A program made the position numbers and the translations under genes. Positions 19,933-29,439 of a DNA stretch of 64,000 bases are shown one piece after another. Each line of letters begins with the position of its first letter. Position 1 is the first letter of the stretch. Under the pieces are notes generated by a model, which ran no database searches, was not told the DNA's origin, and saw only the letters and a list, made by a program, of their open reading frames with translations. Origin of the DNA: an uncultured Methanosarcinales archaeon (GTDB lineage: Archaea > Nanobdellota > Nanobdellia > Woesearchaeales > CAIVOO01); contig CAZAIK010000002.1 in assembly GCA_964485195.1 (NCBI GenBank), forward strand, positions 1 through 64,000. The letters are read 5' to 3'.

Positions 19933-22518
19933 TTAACCGCATCCTTTTGGTGAGATCCAGCAGCAGTCGTTGTATTCACACCCCCCCATATTCACGACAT
20001 TGTAATGGGTGTTTCCGCATCCCGGGCAGGGCTTTTTTGGGAGTGCTGTATTCTCACCTTCAGAAGCAGAGGATTCCATAGCGACCGATCCTCCGTTGAG
20101 CTGCATTATCTGGTTGGACATAATCTCTGCCTTGGCTATCCTGTTATTGTAAGTTGTTATAAGGCCCCTGAGCATTAATGTTTCCATTTCTATCATCTTT
20201 TCTGCAAGCTCCCTGCTGAACTGGTCAAAGCCCATAAACCTGTCCAGCAGCAGGCTGTGCGCAAGCGCGTCTGAGACAGAGAAATTCTTTCCGAACTTGT
20301 CCTGGCCTATGCTCGGTCCCGGCGTTCCCAGAATGTCCTTTGCGATTTCGTGAGGGCTTTCCCCCTGCTGAAGCCTTCTTGAAGTGTGAATGGCATTGGT
20401 TGTGATTGCCTCGTAAGTGCCTGCAGCCCACCCCTTTGAGTTAAGGAAGGTTTCCCATACGAACCCGTCGCGATAAGCCAGAGTGACGTACAAGTGTTCG
20501 GTTTCAACAGGGTTATCTGAAACCGGCTCTCTTATAACCAAAGCAGGGAGAACCTTTCCCCTGCCAAGGTCTTTTCCATAAGTTATCTTTCTCAGCTCAT
20601 TAAGCTGCGCTTTCTTAAGCTCCAGCGAGTCTTCCTGTTTTCCCTCACCTATGTTTAACACCTGGTCCCTGGACTTGTCCCTGTAAACAGTAAGCCCCTT
20701 GCATCCCAGCTGATGCGCCAAATCATATGCCTGCCGAATGTCTTCAGGGGTTGCGTGTTCCGGAAAGTTAACTGTTTTTGAAACAGCATTGTCAGTATAT
20801 TTCTGGAATGCGGCCTGTATCTTGATGTGCCATTCAGGGGAAATGTCCAGGGCTGTCTTGAAAATGTCCTTTATCTCCTGGGGCGCTTCCTCTATTTCCT
20901 GCACAGTGCCTGTCTCTGCAATTTTTTTCATAAGCTCTTCACTGTAAAATTCTTTTTCCTTTGCAATTTCAACAAAATAAGGGTTCACTTCAGGCATTGG
21001 GTCGCCGTCAAGGACTTTTTTTCTCACAAAGGCTATGGCAAAGTAGGGCTCTATGCCGCTGGAAGCTCCTGCTATTATGCTGATTGTTCCTGTGGGAGCG
21101 ATGGTGGTGATGGTAGCATTTCTTACGGGCTTTTCGTTTCCTTCAGCAAAAACGCTTTGCTTGAAATTAGGGAAAGCTCCGTATTTTTTTGCCATCTCCT
21201 GGGATGCTTCCCGCCCCGCGGCGTATATTGTTTCCATTATCTTTTCGACGATTTCCAAAGCTTCTTCAGAATCATAGGGCATCCTTAGTTTAACCAGCAT
21301 GTCGGCAAATCCCATAACTCCCAGCCCTACCTTCCTGTTTCCCTTGGTCATTTCCCATATCTCGGGGAGAGGGTAGAAGTTTATGTCTATGACATCATTG
21401 AGGAACTCAACAGCCCTTTTTACCTGCTCAGCCAGTAATTTGTAATCAAATTCATTATTTTTAACTAATTTTATGAGGTTTATGGAGCCGAGATTGCACG
21501 ACTCATATGGAAGCAGCGGCTGTTCTCCGCACGGATTTGTGCTTTCAATCTTTCCTATTTTTCTGGTAGGATTCTTTTCATTGACCCTGTCAATAAAAAC
21601 AACTCCGGGCTCCCCATTTGTCCACGCGCCTGCCACTATCTTGTCCATCACCTCCTTTGCTTTCAGCTTCTCCACAACCTCTCCTGTCCGAGGATTGATC
21701 AGCTCATACTCTTCATCTTTCAATGCCTTGTTGTAAAAGTCCTCTGTTATCCCTATGGAAATGTTGAAGTTTTGGTTCTGCTTGCCGTCTTTTTTGCATT
21801 CAAGGAATTCAAGGATGTCAGGGTGGTCCACGTTAAGAATTCCCATATTCGCTCCCCTTCTGGTGCCTCCCTGCTTTATCTCTTCTGTGGCAGCGTCAAA
21901 CACCCTCATAAATGAGACAGGCCCTGAGGCGACCCCGTGAGTGGTTGAGACAAGGTCATTTCTCGGCCTTAGCCTGGAGAATGAGAAGCCAGTGCCTCCC
22001 CCGCTCTTGTGTATCAGGGCGGTATGCTTTATTGCCTTGAATATTCCTTCTGTGTTGTCTTCCACAGGCAGGACAAAACAGGCAGACAGCTGCCCTAAAT
22101 CCTTCCCTGCATTCATTAAGGTGGGAGAGTTTGGTATGAACTTTTTGGAGGCCATGCTTTCATAATATGACCTTGCCCTTTGATATATGGAATCCTCTGT
22201 TTCCTTTTCATCAACCACGGCCCTTCCCATTGCGATGTAAACCGCAACATTCCAAAGCCTTTCCTCAGGAGTTTCTACAATCTCTCCTTTCTGGTTTTTC
22301 TTGAGATATCTTTTTTCCAGAACGGTTTTTCCGTTTTCAGAAAGGTCAAATTTTATGTCAGGCCTGGGGCTGTTGACAAGATGATGATACTTTTCTATGA
22401 CTTTAAGCCTTTTCTCTTCATACTTGTTGAATTTCTCAGCAGTTTCAAGTTCTTTTTTCTGTTTTTCAATTCTTCCTTTCAAAACACCTCTTTGCTTTGT
22501 TACAATATCATTTCCCAT
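19933..22518 (-). CDS. nrdJ: Class II (B12-dependent) ribonucleotide reductase with TSCPD-like domain and C-terminal Cys-rich tail
   Basis: PNSPTLMNAG, QLSACFV, TNPCGEQ, IAPTGTIS, CKGLTVYRD. Confidence 0.95.
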   Translation of the reverse strand: MGNDIVTKQRGVLKGRIEKQKKELETAEKFNKYEEKRLKVIEKYHHLVNSPRPDIKFDLSENGKTVLEKRYLKKNQKGEIVETPEERLWNVAVYIAMGRAVVDEKETEDSIYQRARSYYESMASKKFIPNSPTLMNAGKDLGQLSACFVLPVEDNTEGIFKAIKHTALIHKSGGGTGFSFSRLRPRNDLVSTTHGVASGPVSFMRVFDAATEEIKQGGTRRGANMGILNVDHPDILEFLECKKDGKQNQNFNISIGITEDFYNKALKDEEYELINPRTGEVVEKLKAKEVMDKIVAGAWTNGEPGVVFIDRVNEKNPTRKIGKIESTNPCGEQPLLPYESCNLGSINLIKLVKNNEFDYKLLAEQVKRAVEFLNDVIDINFYPLPEIWEMTKGNRKVGLGVMGFADMLVKLRMPYDSEEALEIVEKIMETIYAAGREASQEMAKKYGAFPNFKQSVFAEGNEKPVRNATITTIAPTGTISIIAGASSGIEPYFAIAFVRKKVLDGDPMPEVNPYFVEIAKEKEFYSEELMKKIAETGTVQEIEEAPQEIKDIFKTALDISPEWHIKIQAAFQKYTDNAVSKTVNFPEHATPEDIRQAYDLAHQLGCKGLTVYRDKSRDQVLNIGEGKQEDSLELKKAQLNELRKITYGKDLGRGKVLPALVIREPVSDNPVETEHLYVTLAYRDGFVWETFLNSKGWAAGTYEAITTNAIHTSRRLQQGESPHEIAKDILGTPGPSIGQDKFGKNFSVSDALAHSLLLDRFMGFDQFSRELAEKMIEMETLMLRGLITTYNNRIAKAEIMSNQIMQLNGGSVAMESSASEGENTALPKKPCPGCGNTHYNVVNMGGCEYNDCCWISPKGCG

Positions 22519-22522
22519 TAAA

Positions 22523-22966
22523 TCACCTCTTCAAAGCTTTAACTTCCTTTTCAAATTCTTTTATGTCTTCAAACGAGCGGTAAACAGATGCGAATCTTAT
22601 GTATGCCACTTTGTCTATCATCCTTAGCTTTCTCATTACAATCTCCCCAATAACGTTGGAGCGTATTTCTTTTGATTTCCTTCCCTTTACCCTGTTTTCT
22701 ATGTCTGTAACAATTCTCTCAACTCTTTCCGGGCTTACCGCCCTTTTCTGGCAGGCAATTTTTATACCTTTGGTTAACTTTTCCCTTTGGTAAGGCTCTC
22801 TTTTCCCGTCTTTTTTTATCACACTTATGTCAAGCGATTCCGGTTTTTCATAGGTGGTAAACCGCTTGTTGCATTTAAGGCACTCCCTCCGCCTTCGCGC
22901 AACATCATTGATGTTTCTCTTGTCTATTACTTTGGTGCCAGTGCTGTTGCAGTAAATACATTTCAT
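22523..22966 (-). CDS. nrdR: Transcriptional repressor NrdR (Zn ribbon plus ATP cone)
   Basis: CIYC, RRRRECLKCNKRFTTYE, VIKKDG, DKVAYIRFASVY. Confidence 0.96.
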   Translation of the reverse strand: MKCIYCNSTGTKVIDKRNINDVARRRRECLKCNKRFTTYEKPESLDISVIKKDGKREPYQREKLTKGIKIACQKRAVSPERVERIVTDIENRVKGRKSKEIRSNVIGEIVMRKLRMIDKVAYIRFASVYRSFEDIKEFEKEVKALKR

Positions 22967-23018
22967 TTTCTGTAATTTGTGGTTGTGGAAAATCTCCCCG
23001 CCGAGACGTCATGTTATG

Positions 23019-23066
23019 TTACAATATGTTGGGGGTGCTTTGTAAAAATAGCCCAATATGTTGGAA
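23019..23066 (-). promoter_or_regulatory. Two tandem NrdR-box-like operators (23019-23034, 23051-23066) downstream of TATA box at 23086-23093
   Basis: ttaCAATATGTTGggg and gccCAATATGTTGgaa versus bacterial consensus acaCwAtATaTwGtgt; 32-bp spacing. Confidence 0.8.
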
Positions 23067-23295
23067 AAGAAGGATTATCAGAAGATATTTAAATATTCCT
23101 GTGTTTTAACATATATTAAAGAAAATTATTTTCAGTATTCGTTTACTATGAGAAAGTTAATTTAATCCTTGGAGCATTATAGTGTGAAAATGTTGTTAAA
23201 AGAAATATATTATCCAATCCCTATTTTTTACCTTAATGAACTTTAAATATCATCCTTCCTTAAACCCTTAAAGGCCGGAAAAAGAGGTGATAGCA

Positions 23296-23400
23296 TTGGT
23301 CAACGAAAAATTCAAAAAAATAAGTTATAATACCATTAAGAAGAACAAGACGCTCTCAATCTTCTTTTCTGATGAAAAAGAGACCAAACCAGCAGCTTAA
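23296..23400 (+). CDS. Putative 34-aa small protein
   Basis: GAGGTGA SD 5 nt before TTG; MVNEKFKKISYNTIKKNKTLSIFFSDEKETKPAA. Confidence 0.4.
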   Translation: MVNEKFKKISYNTIKKNKTLSIFFSDEKETKPAA

Positions 23401-24143
23401 CCCCTGAATTTAAGCTTGTTTCTTTTGATATAATCGCTTATCTCCTTGAGCACGCCCTGCCGGGTCATTTCGGGCGTGATAAGGCTGTCACAGTCTAAGT
23501 CAACAATTTCTGTGCCCTTGCTTTTCAAAAACAGCCTCCACTGCCCTTTTTTGTATCTGTCATCAATTTTCCGAAGGAAATCCTCTTTTTCAAAATCGCT
23601 ATTGTCCTTCTTTTCCCTTTTGTAAAGCCTCCTGTACGCGATTTCAGGGTCGATTTCCTGTACTACAACCAGGCCGGGAGCGTGGTGAAGGGCAAGAATA
23701 TTTCCCGGAAGGCTGGCAATGTCATTCACGCCTAACCTTTCCCTGTTGTCATTTGCCTGCACTGCCTGATAAACCAGAGAGCTTATTATTGACCTGTCCT
23801 GGAAAACAAACAGTTCTTTTTCCAACGCAGGAACCACAATCTTCTGGTAAAGCTCTTTCCTGTCCTCTGCAAATTTTTCAGCAACATATTTGGCAGAATG
23901 TTCAGGAAGCTTCGTGAGAATATCTTCTCTTAATTGCCTGCCGGTGTTGTGAAAAGTGGGTTCGCAGGTGAGGATGCACTGAACATCATTTAGCAGAGAA
24001 GGCTCTTTGCTTAAATCTGCCTCTTTTTTTCTTAAGTCCAGGAAACTTATTTTTGCCTCCTTCAGGTAATTTATTACACCATCAAATGCCACGCCCTTGC
24101 CACAGCCGTCAATCCCCTCTATGATTATGAATTTGCTATTCAT
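23397..24143 (-). CDS. tmk: Thymidylate kinase
   Basis: IEGIDGCGKG P-loop, EPT, DRSIISSLVYQ, FEKEDFL. Confidence 0.9.
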   Translation of the reverse strand: MNSKFIIIEGIDGCGKGVAFDGVINYLKEAKISFLDLRKKEADLSKEPSLLNDVQCILTCEPTFHNTGRQLREDILTKLPEHSAKYVAEKFAEDRKELYQKIVVPALEKELFVFQDRSIISSLVYQAVQANDNRERLGVNDIASLPGNILALHHAPGLVVVQEIDPEIAYRRLYKREKKDNSDFEKEDFLRKIDDRYKKGQWRLFLKSKGTEIVDLDCDSLITPEMTRQGVLKEISDYIKRNKLKFRG

Positions 24144-24144
24144 T

Positions 24145-25002
24145 TTACATGCCGGCAATTGTCTTGCTTACAATCTGCTCAGCCAATTCCCTGTCCTTGT
24201 TTATCACAACTTTTATGTCCATCTTTTTCTCAAAAACCTTCCTTATGAGATCAGGAACGTTGATGTCAGAAACATTATTTGCCTTTGAAAACGCATTGTG
24301 AAGCCTGGAGCTAAGTTCTGCGGGGATAAAAACCTGTATTACCATATCCCCAAAAACCAGCAGGTCAGAAGTTTCAGCGCACTTTACATTTGTCTTTGCC
24401 CTTACCCCGAGCTTTTTGTAGAATTGTGCGGCCCAAACATCTGTGGGTGTGGAATTTGCGCATAGCAGGAACATCCTGTGGCCCTTGCTGATTATCGTGG
24501 AAATCCAGTTATACTCAGCCCTCATGTAAAACAGAGGCCGCCATTCGTGATTGTGCTGCAACACTATGCTTGTTTTCTTGCTGGAGTTAAGCACGTAATG
24601 CTTCTGCAGGTAATAGAGATATTTTTCCACATCAAACCAGCTCTCAAAAGTCAATACCTGGAAATTGCCCTCAATCTTTGAATCTTTCACTCCCTCCAGG
24701 ACATTAACCCTGCTCTTAGTGTAATAGTTTGACTGGGTTATTTCAGTGTAATCGTGAATCTGCTTCAGCCAGTAAAGGTTCAGCTGGTACCCCTCTTCGT
24801 TTTTTGAGATTACGCCTTCTTTCAGAAGGTCCTGCACTGTCTTGTAAACTGCCTGATAAGTGGCCTTATAGCCGTATTTCTTTTTTATGACATTGTATAG
24901 CTTCTTGATGGTGAGCGGCCAGTCATAGCTCAATACAGAGATGACATAGTCCTTTGTGTTGCTGTTCTTGTCAAGCTGGGGAACGTAAAGATTCAGGGCC
25001 AT
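24145..25002 (-). CDS. Winged-helix transcriptional regulator with C-terminal effector-like domain
   Basis: LTIKKLYN...TYQAVYKTVQDLLKEGVI...YQLN. Confidence 0.7.
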   Translation of the reverse strand: MALNLYVPQLDKNSNTKDYVISVLSYDWPLTIKKLYNVIKKKYGYKATYQAVYKTVQDLLKEGVISKNEEGYQLNLYWLKQIHDYTEITQSNYYTKSRVNVLEGVKDSKIEGNFQVLTFESWFDVEKYLYYLQKHYVLNSSKKTSIVLQHNHEWRPLFYMRAEYNWISTIISKGHRMFLLCANSTPTDVWAAQFYKKLGVRAKTNVKCAETSDLLVFGDMVIQVFIPAELSSRLHNAFSKANNVSDINVPDLIRKVFEKKMDIKVVINKDRELAEQIVSKTIAGM

Positions 25003-25079
25003 AAAATTTCATTTGCCGGGATATTTATAACCTTTTGGTTTAATTATTTAAAAGAAAAAGTTTAGTAATCGGCTGGTGG

Positions 25080-25313
25080 TTACTCAGTCTCTATGGTCTT
25101 TTTCTTGCTTGACAGCCCGGAACTTATCCGGACCTTCCTGCCAAGGATTCTTGAAAGGAAACTCACCAGCTCCCTGTTTGCCTTGTTTTTTTCAGCAGGG
25201 GCTGCTATGCTCACCTTAACAGCGTTCTCCTTTTCGTCAAATCCGGCAATCTCATTCTTCTTTGCATTGGGCCTTACAATCACCCTGAACTTCTTGTTTT
25301 TGAGAATGTTCAT
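25080..25313 (-). CDS. DUF167/YggU family protein
   Basis: VRPNAKKN, AAPAEKNKANREL, SGLSSKKK. Confidence 0.9.
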   Translation of the reverse strand: MNILKNKKFRVIVRPNAKKNEIAGFDEKENAVKVSIAAPAEKNKANRELVSFLSRILGRKVRISSGLSSKKKTIETE

Positions 25314-28300
25314 TTACACCTGCTCAAACTTTATCTTTTTGAAATGTTTCCTGAGCTTTTCAGGAGCATCCTTAACTACCAGTACCCTTGGCCACAGTTT
25401 CTTGTTGGCAGCAACCACAAGCTTGGCCAGTTCTTCGTCAATCCTGAACTCATCCTTAACCTCCACAACCTTCCTGAAATCCTTCCTGCTGAGGTATATT
25501 GGCAGCAGCTCGTGAGGCCTGTCCTTGTCAGCAAATACCTTCTTGTATTTTTCCATAACATCCTTTGTTACATAAAGCCGCCTGTAATCATTAATCCTGT
25601 CCCGGTCCAAAAGCTTTTTGACTGCCTCATCCTTGGCAAAGGTCCTTCTTCCAAGGAAAAAGATGGGGAGAAATGTTGCCAATAAAACAAGGGGTATCAG
25701 GCCCCAGAGCATTACCCTTCTTGAAGTGGCTTCATTATTTCCATTTGCTGTAAGTGGCTGAGGGGATTCCAGCACAGATGTGACTCTCTTGTTTGATTCT
25801 TCTCTTCTGGTTGCTTCCACAACCTCCTTGACAACAACTTCCTCCTCTTCATCTGCTTCTTCAGGGGACTCGTTGTTTTTTTGCTGCGGGGGTATTACAG
25901 GACTGCTTCCCCCACCCCCTCCTGAACCTCCTCCGCTGCTTCCTCCCGAGTTATAGCATCCTTCGTAAGTGCAGGATGCAGAGCAGGACAAAATGCCTGA
26001 ATCATATCCGAGTGAAGCGCAGCTTTCCCCTTTCAGGTCGCTGCCGTCGCAATCTTCTGTTCCCAAGGCTATGTTATCCCCGCAATATTGAACTGAGAAA
26101 TTCCTTGTTTCTGAAGCTGTAGCATATTCCCCATCAGAGCAATTGACAAGCCAGGAATGATAGCCTCCTGTTACATTAATGACAAATTCGGTAAGGGTGT
26201 TGTTCTGAACTGACTGGTTTGTTTTGTTCAGGATTCCATCAATGTAGATGGAGCAGTTTAATGTTAAATTGTCATCCGTCACGGTGAAATTAAAAGTGAC
26301 AGGAGTCTCGTTATCTGCCGAAACAATAACAGAATTGTTATCAGGCTTTTCAAGGTTAACTTCAGGGGGAACATTTAGCAGGAAGATGATGGGGGTGTCT
26401 GTCAGCAACCCAATGTCCTGCTGCGGATTGACTGAGATGTTGTAACTGTCATCCTTGTTGCTGCCATTCCACGTCAGGTTGGGATTAATTATTCCGTTAT
26501 TGTCTGAAACACCGCTAAACAAAATATCAGTGCCATTGCTTATGTTTATTGTTCTGTTAGCCACAGGAGTGCCATTAGTGTAATTTACATAGACTGGGTA
26601 GTATCTGTTTAATCCCGGTGTTCCAAAGGCTATAGTGATAACGTCAGGCATATCAACGTGCCCTCGCATTATAGGCTTTGAAAACTGTCTCCAAACCATT
26701 TCATCAGTAATATTTGACTGCGGCGATTCAAAATTAATCTCTGAGTTTTCATAAATATCTAATATTCTGAGAGTTATATTGTAGGAGCGGGTTAAAGCAT
26801 TACCTGAAGTCTGCAGGGTCTGGTTAATAATTACATTACTTATTGAATTGTTTGAATCTTCAGAAATTATCAAATCCTGCCAAATAATAACATTCTCTAT
26901 TTTATTGCTGGAATTATCATTTAATTCTAGATTGCCGAAGAAAGTTGAATTATATACTTCGTTTGAAGAGTTTTCATTCAATGTTAAAGTAAAATAAAAG
27001 TTTGAACCTGTCACAATATTCGGTTTATTCCCCGATAAATAAACTTGGGAATTATTTGTTGTTAAATTATAGAGATTATTAACGCCATAAGTTTTAATGT
27101 TAAATCTATTGGCTTTTCCAATAACATAAGAGTCAGATATTGTTAAAAAAGCACTTTCATTGATTATTATATCTTTTGGACTGCTTGCTTCATCCAATAT
27201 AAGACTGCTTAAGTTCAAAATAAAAGTGGCATTCGGCCCCACTGTTAATGTCTGGTTTTGGAAGTAAAGGTTCTCATTCTCGCACGCTACTGTTACGTTG
27301 CCTGTTATGTTCCAGTCGATGTTTGGGGGCGGAAGTCCGCACCCTGGCAGTACTGTTATGTCATCGGACAAGTTTAATGTTTCAAATCCTGTGTCGTTGC
27401 AGGTGACATTGTAAAAATACAGGTCCGCGATTGTGAAATTCCTTATATACCTGAACAGATTGTTGTCATAATTCATCAGCCCGCTGTTTCCGTCGCTGAA
27501 GCTTATGTTGCAGGTAGCGGTGCTTATGGGGGCTCCCGAGCTTCTGTTTGTATAGTTCGCAAAAAATGAAACATTCTCGCGCGTATACCTTATTGTTCCG
27601 TTGTCAACATCGTCAAATATGTTCAGCTGCGAATTTTCTCCTGCTGTGTAATTTGAGAATCCTGTAACGGAGAACGTCAGGTTATTGTCTTCATAACTTA
27701 TTACGCTGCAGTCCTGGCATTCGTTCCCGTCTTTCAAAATAATGGGGGTTTTGTTGAATGAAAGGCTGTAAAATGTTATGTTTGCAGAAATGTTCAGGCT
27801 GCTGTACTTTGTGCTGTTCAGCCCTATAAAATTCTTTCCCACTATGAAGGATGTTGAAGCGGAGCTTAAGTTTACGCTTCCATTGAATTTTATTTTCACG
27901 TTTCCGTTCCTGTCGCTCACTGAATTGTCTGTTTCATTAATATTCATTATCAGGTTGATTGAAGCAAGAATGTCAAGCCTGGGGAAAGTGTAATTCAGTA
28001 CTGAAATGGACTTCCCCCCGTTGACCAGCAGCGTCTTGACCTCTCCGGGTGTTAAGTCTGCATTGTTGACCAGCCTGCTGTACTGCCTTAGCAGGGCAGC
28101 AGCTCCGGCCAAGTGAGGGGCGGCCATGGAAGTGCCTGCCTTGTCTGAAACTCCAGAATCGTCTTTCGCGGATGTTATTATGGCTCCGGGAGCGAGAGTG
28201 TCAAGTATTGGTGCCATATTTGTAAAGCAGGCTACCTGATCAACTGCTGATGTTGTATCTGAACAGGAGGAGTATCCCACACTCCCAACATCAGCATCGT

Positions 28301-29399
28301 AGGTTGCGCCCACGGAGGTGCAGTTTTGAATGCAGGCAGGGGCTGAGATGTTGTTGATTTGCGCGTCATTTCCCGATGCAGCAACCACGAAAATTCCCAA
28401 GTCGTTTGCGTTGTTTATTGAAGGGGAAAATGTCTCGTTATAGCTGTCATCGCATTCAGAATCGTACAATCCACCTCCAAGGCTCATTGTAATCACCGAA
28501 ATATTGAAATTGGAAGCGTTTGCAGTGCACCAGTCTATTCCCGCTATTATGTCGGCCAGGGGGCATCCTGCTCCGCACACCCTTAATGCGGTTATTGTCG
28601 CGCCAGGGGCCATTCCCTTCACAGTCCCGTTTCCTGCCACAATACCTGCCACGTGGGTGCCGTGGCCGTTCTCGTCCATAGGGTCGTTATCGTCGCTGTA
28701 AAAATCATAACCTGCTATGACTTTTGAGCAGTTGCCTGCCAAAAATGTTTCATTGGTGCACCCTCCCAGGCTTTCGTGCTGGTAATTAACCCCTGAGTCT
28801 ATAACACATATTGTTTCTCCAACGCCAGTTATGTTCATTCCTGAAACCTGTATGCCGTGGACTGCGGTTGCGTTCACCACATCCCTTGATTCATCAAGGA
28901 AAAGCTCAAACTCCCTGTTCTTGATAATCCTTTTAACATTGGGGTTTCTTTTGAGCTTTTCAAGACCTCCCTTGGAAATGTTCCCCGAGATTGCGCTCAC
29001 AGTTGAATACCTGTGCTTCAGCTTCAAATCCGGCTTTTCATCTTCAGAAACGAAAAGACCTGTTATCAGATTCTTTGCCCTGTTTATTGTCCTGTTGCCT
29101 TTCTCATAACTTACGCTCTCAAGCACTTCTTCCTGAACCTTCCTGATTTTTTCCTTTTTTATCTCTATTTTCTTCCCGCCATTCTTTTCAGACTTTAATT
29201 CGTAATCTTCAGGCTCATCCAGGACAATTATAACGTCAGCAAAATCCTTTTCTTCCAATTCTTCAAGAACTTCTTCATCTACCTCTGCAGAAGCCAGAAC
29301 AACAAAACCGGTGAAAGCTGGGTTTACAAGGACAAAAACGAACAATACCACGATCGCTATGATAAGGTAAGTCAGACGAACTCTGTTTATAAGGGGCAT
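25314..29399 (-). CDS. Membrane-anchored subtilisin-like (S8) serine protease with surface modules
   Basis: I9-like prodomain; VIDSG, HGTHVAG, AASGN, GTSMAAPH triad motifs; Gly/Ser linker; C-terminal TM. Confidence 0.93.
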   Translation of the reverse strand: MPLINRVRLTYLIIAIVVLFVFVLVNPAFTGFVVLASAEVDEEVLEELEEKDFADVIIVLDEPEDYELKSEKNGGKKIEIKKEKIRKVQEEVLESVSYEKGNRTINRAKNLITGLFVSEDEKPDLKLKHRYSTVSAISGNISKGGLEKLKRNPNVKRIIKNREFELFLDESRDVVNATAVHGIQVSGMNITGVGETICVIDSGVNYQHESLGGCTNETFLAGNCSKVIAGYDFYSDDNDPMDENGHGTHVAGIVAGNGTVKGMAPGATITALRVCGAGCPLADIIAGIDWCTANASNFNISVITMSLGGGLYDSECDDSYNETFSPSINNANDLGIFVVAASGNDAQINNISAPACIQNCTSVGATYDADVGSVGYSSCSDTTSAVDQVACFTNMAPILDTLAPGAIITSAKDDSGVSDKAGTSMAAPHLAGAAALLRQYSRLVNNADLTPGEVKTLLVNGGKSISVLNYTFPRLDILASINLIMNINETDNSVSDRNGNVKIKFNGSVNLSSASTSFIVGKNFIGLNSTKYSSLNISANITFYSLSFNKTPIILKDGNECQDCSVISYEDNNLTFSVTGFSNYTAGENSQLNIFDDVDNGTIRYTRENVSFFANYTNRSSGAPISTATCNISFSDGNSGLMNYDNNLFRYIRNFTIADLYFYNVTCNDTGFETLNLSDDITVLPGCGLPPPNIDWNITGNVTVACENENLYFQNQTLTVGPNATFILNLSSLILDEASSPKDIIINESAFLTISDSYVIGKANRFNIKTYGVNNLYNLTTNNSQVYLSGNKPNIVTGSNFYFTLTLNENSSNEVYNSTFFGNLELNDNSSNKIENVIIWQDLIISEDSNNSISNVIINQTLQTSGNALTRSYNITLRILDIYENSEINFESPQSNITDEMVWRQFSKPIMRGHVDMPDVITIAFGTPGLNRYYPVYVNYTNGTPVANRTINISNGTDILFSGVSDNNGIINPNLTWNGSNKDDSYNISVNPQQDIGLLTDTPIIFLLNVPPEVNLEKPDNNSVIVSADNETPVTFNFTVTDDNLTLNCSIYIDGILNKTNQSVQNNTLTEFVINVTGGYHSWLVNCSDGEYATASETRNFSVQYCGDNIALGTEDCDGSDLKGESCASLGYDSGILSCSASCTYEGCYNSGGSSGGGSGGGGGSSPVIPPQQKNNESPEEADEEEEVVVKEVVEATRREESNKRVTSVLESPQPLTANGNNEATSRRVMLWGLIPLVLLATFLPIFFLGRRTFAKDEAVKKLLDRDRINDYRRLYVTKDVMEKYKKVFADKDRPHELLPIYLSRKDFRKVVEVKDEFRIDEELAKLVVAANKKLWPRVLVVKDAPEKLRKHFKKIKFEQV

Positions 29400-29439
29400 A
29401 TAGTCCTTTAAGAATTACTAGGGTATATAAATTTTAGGG

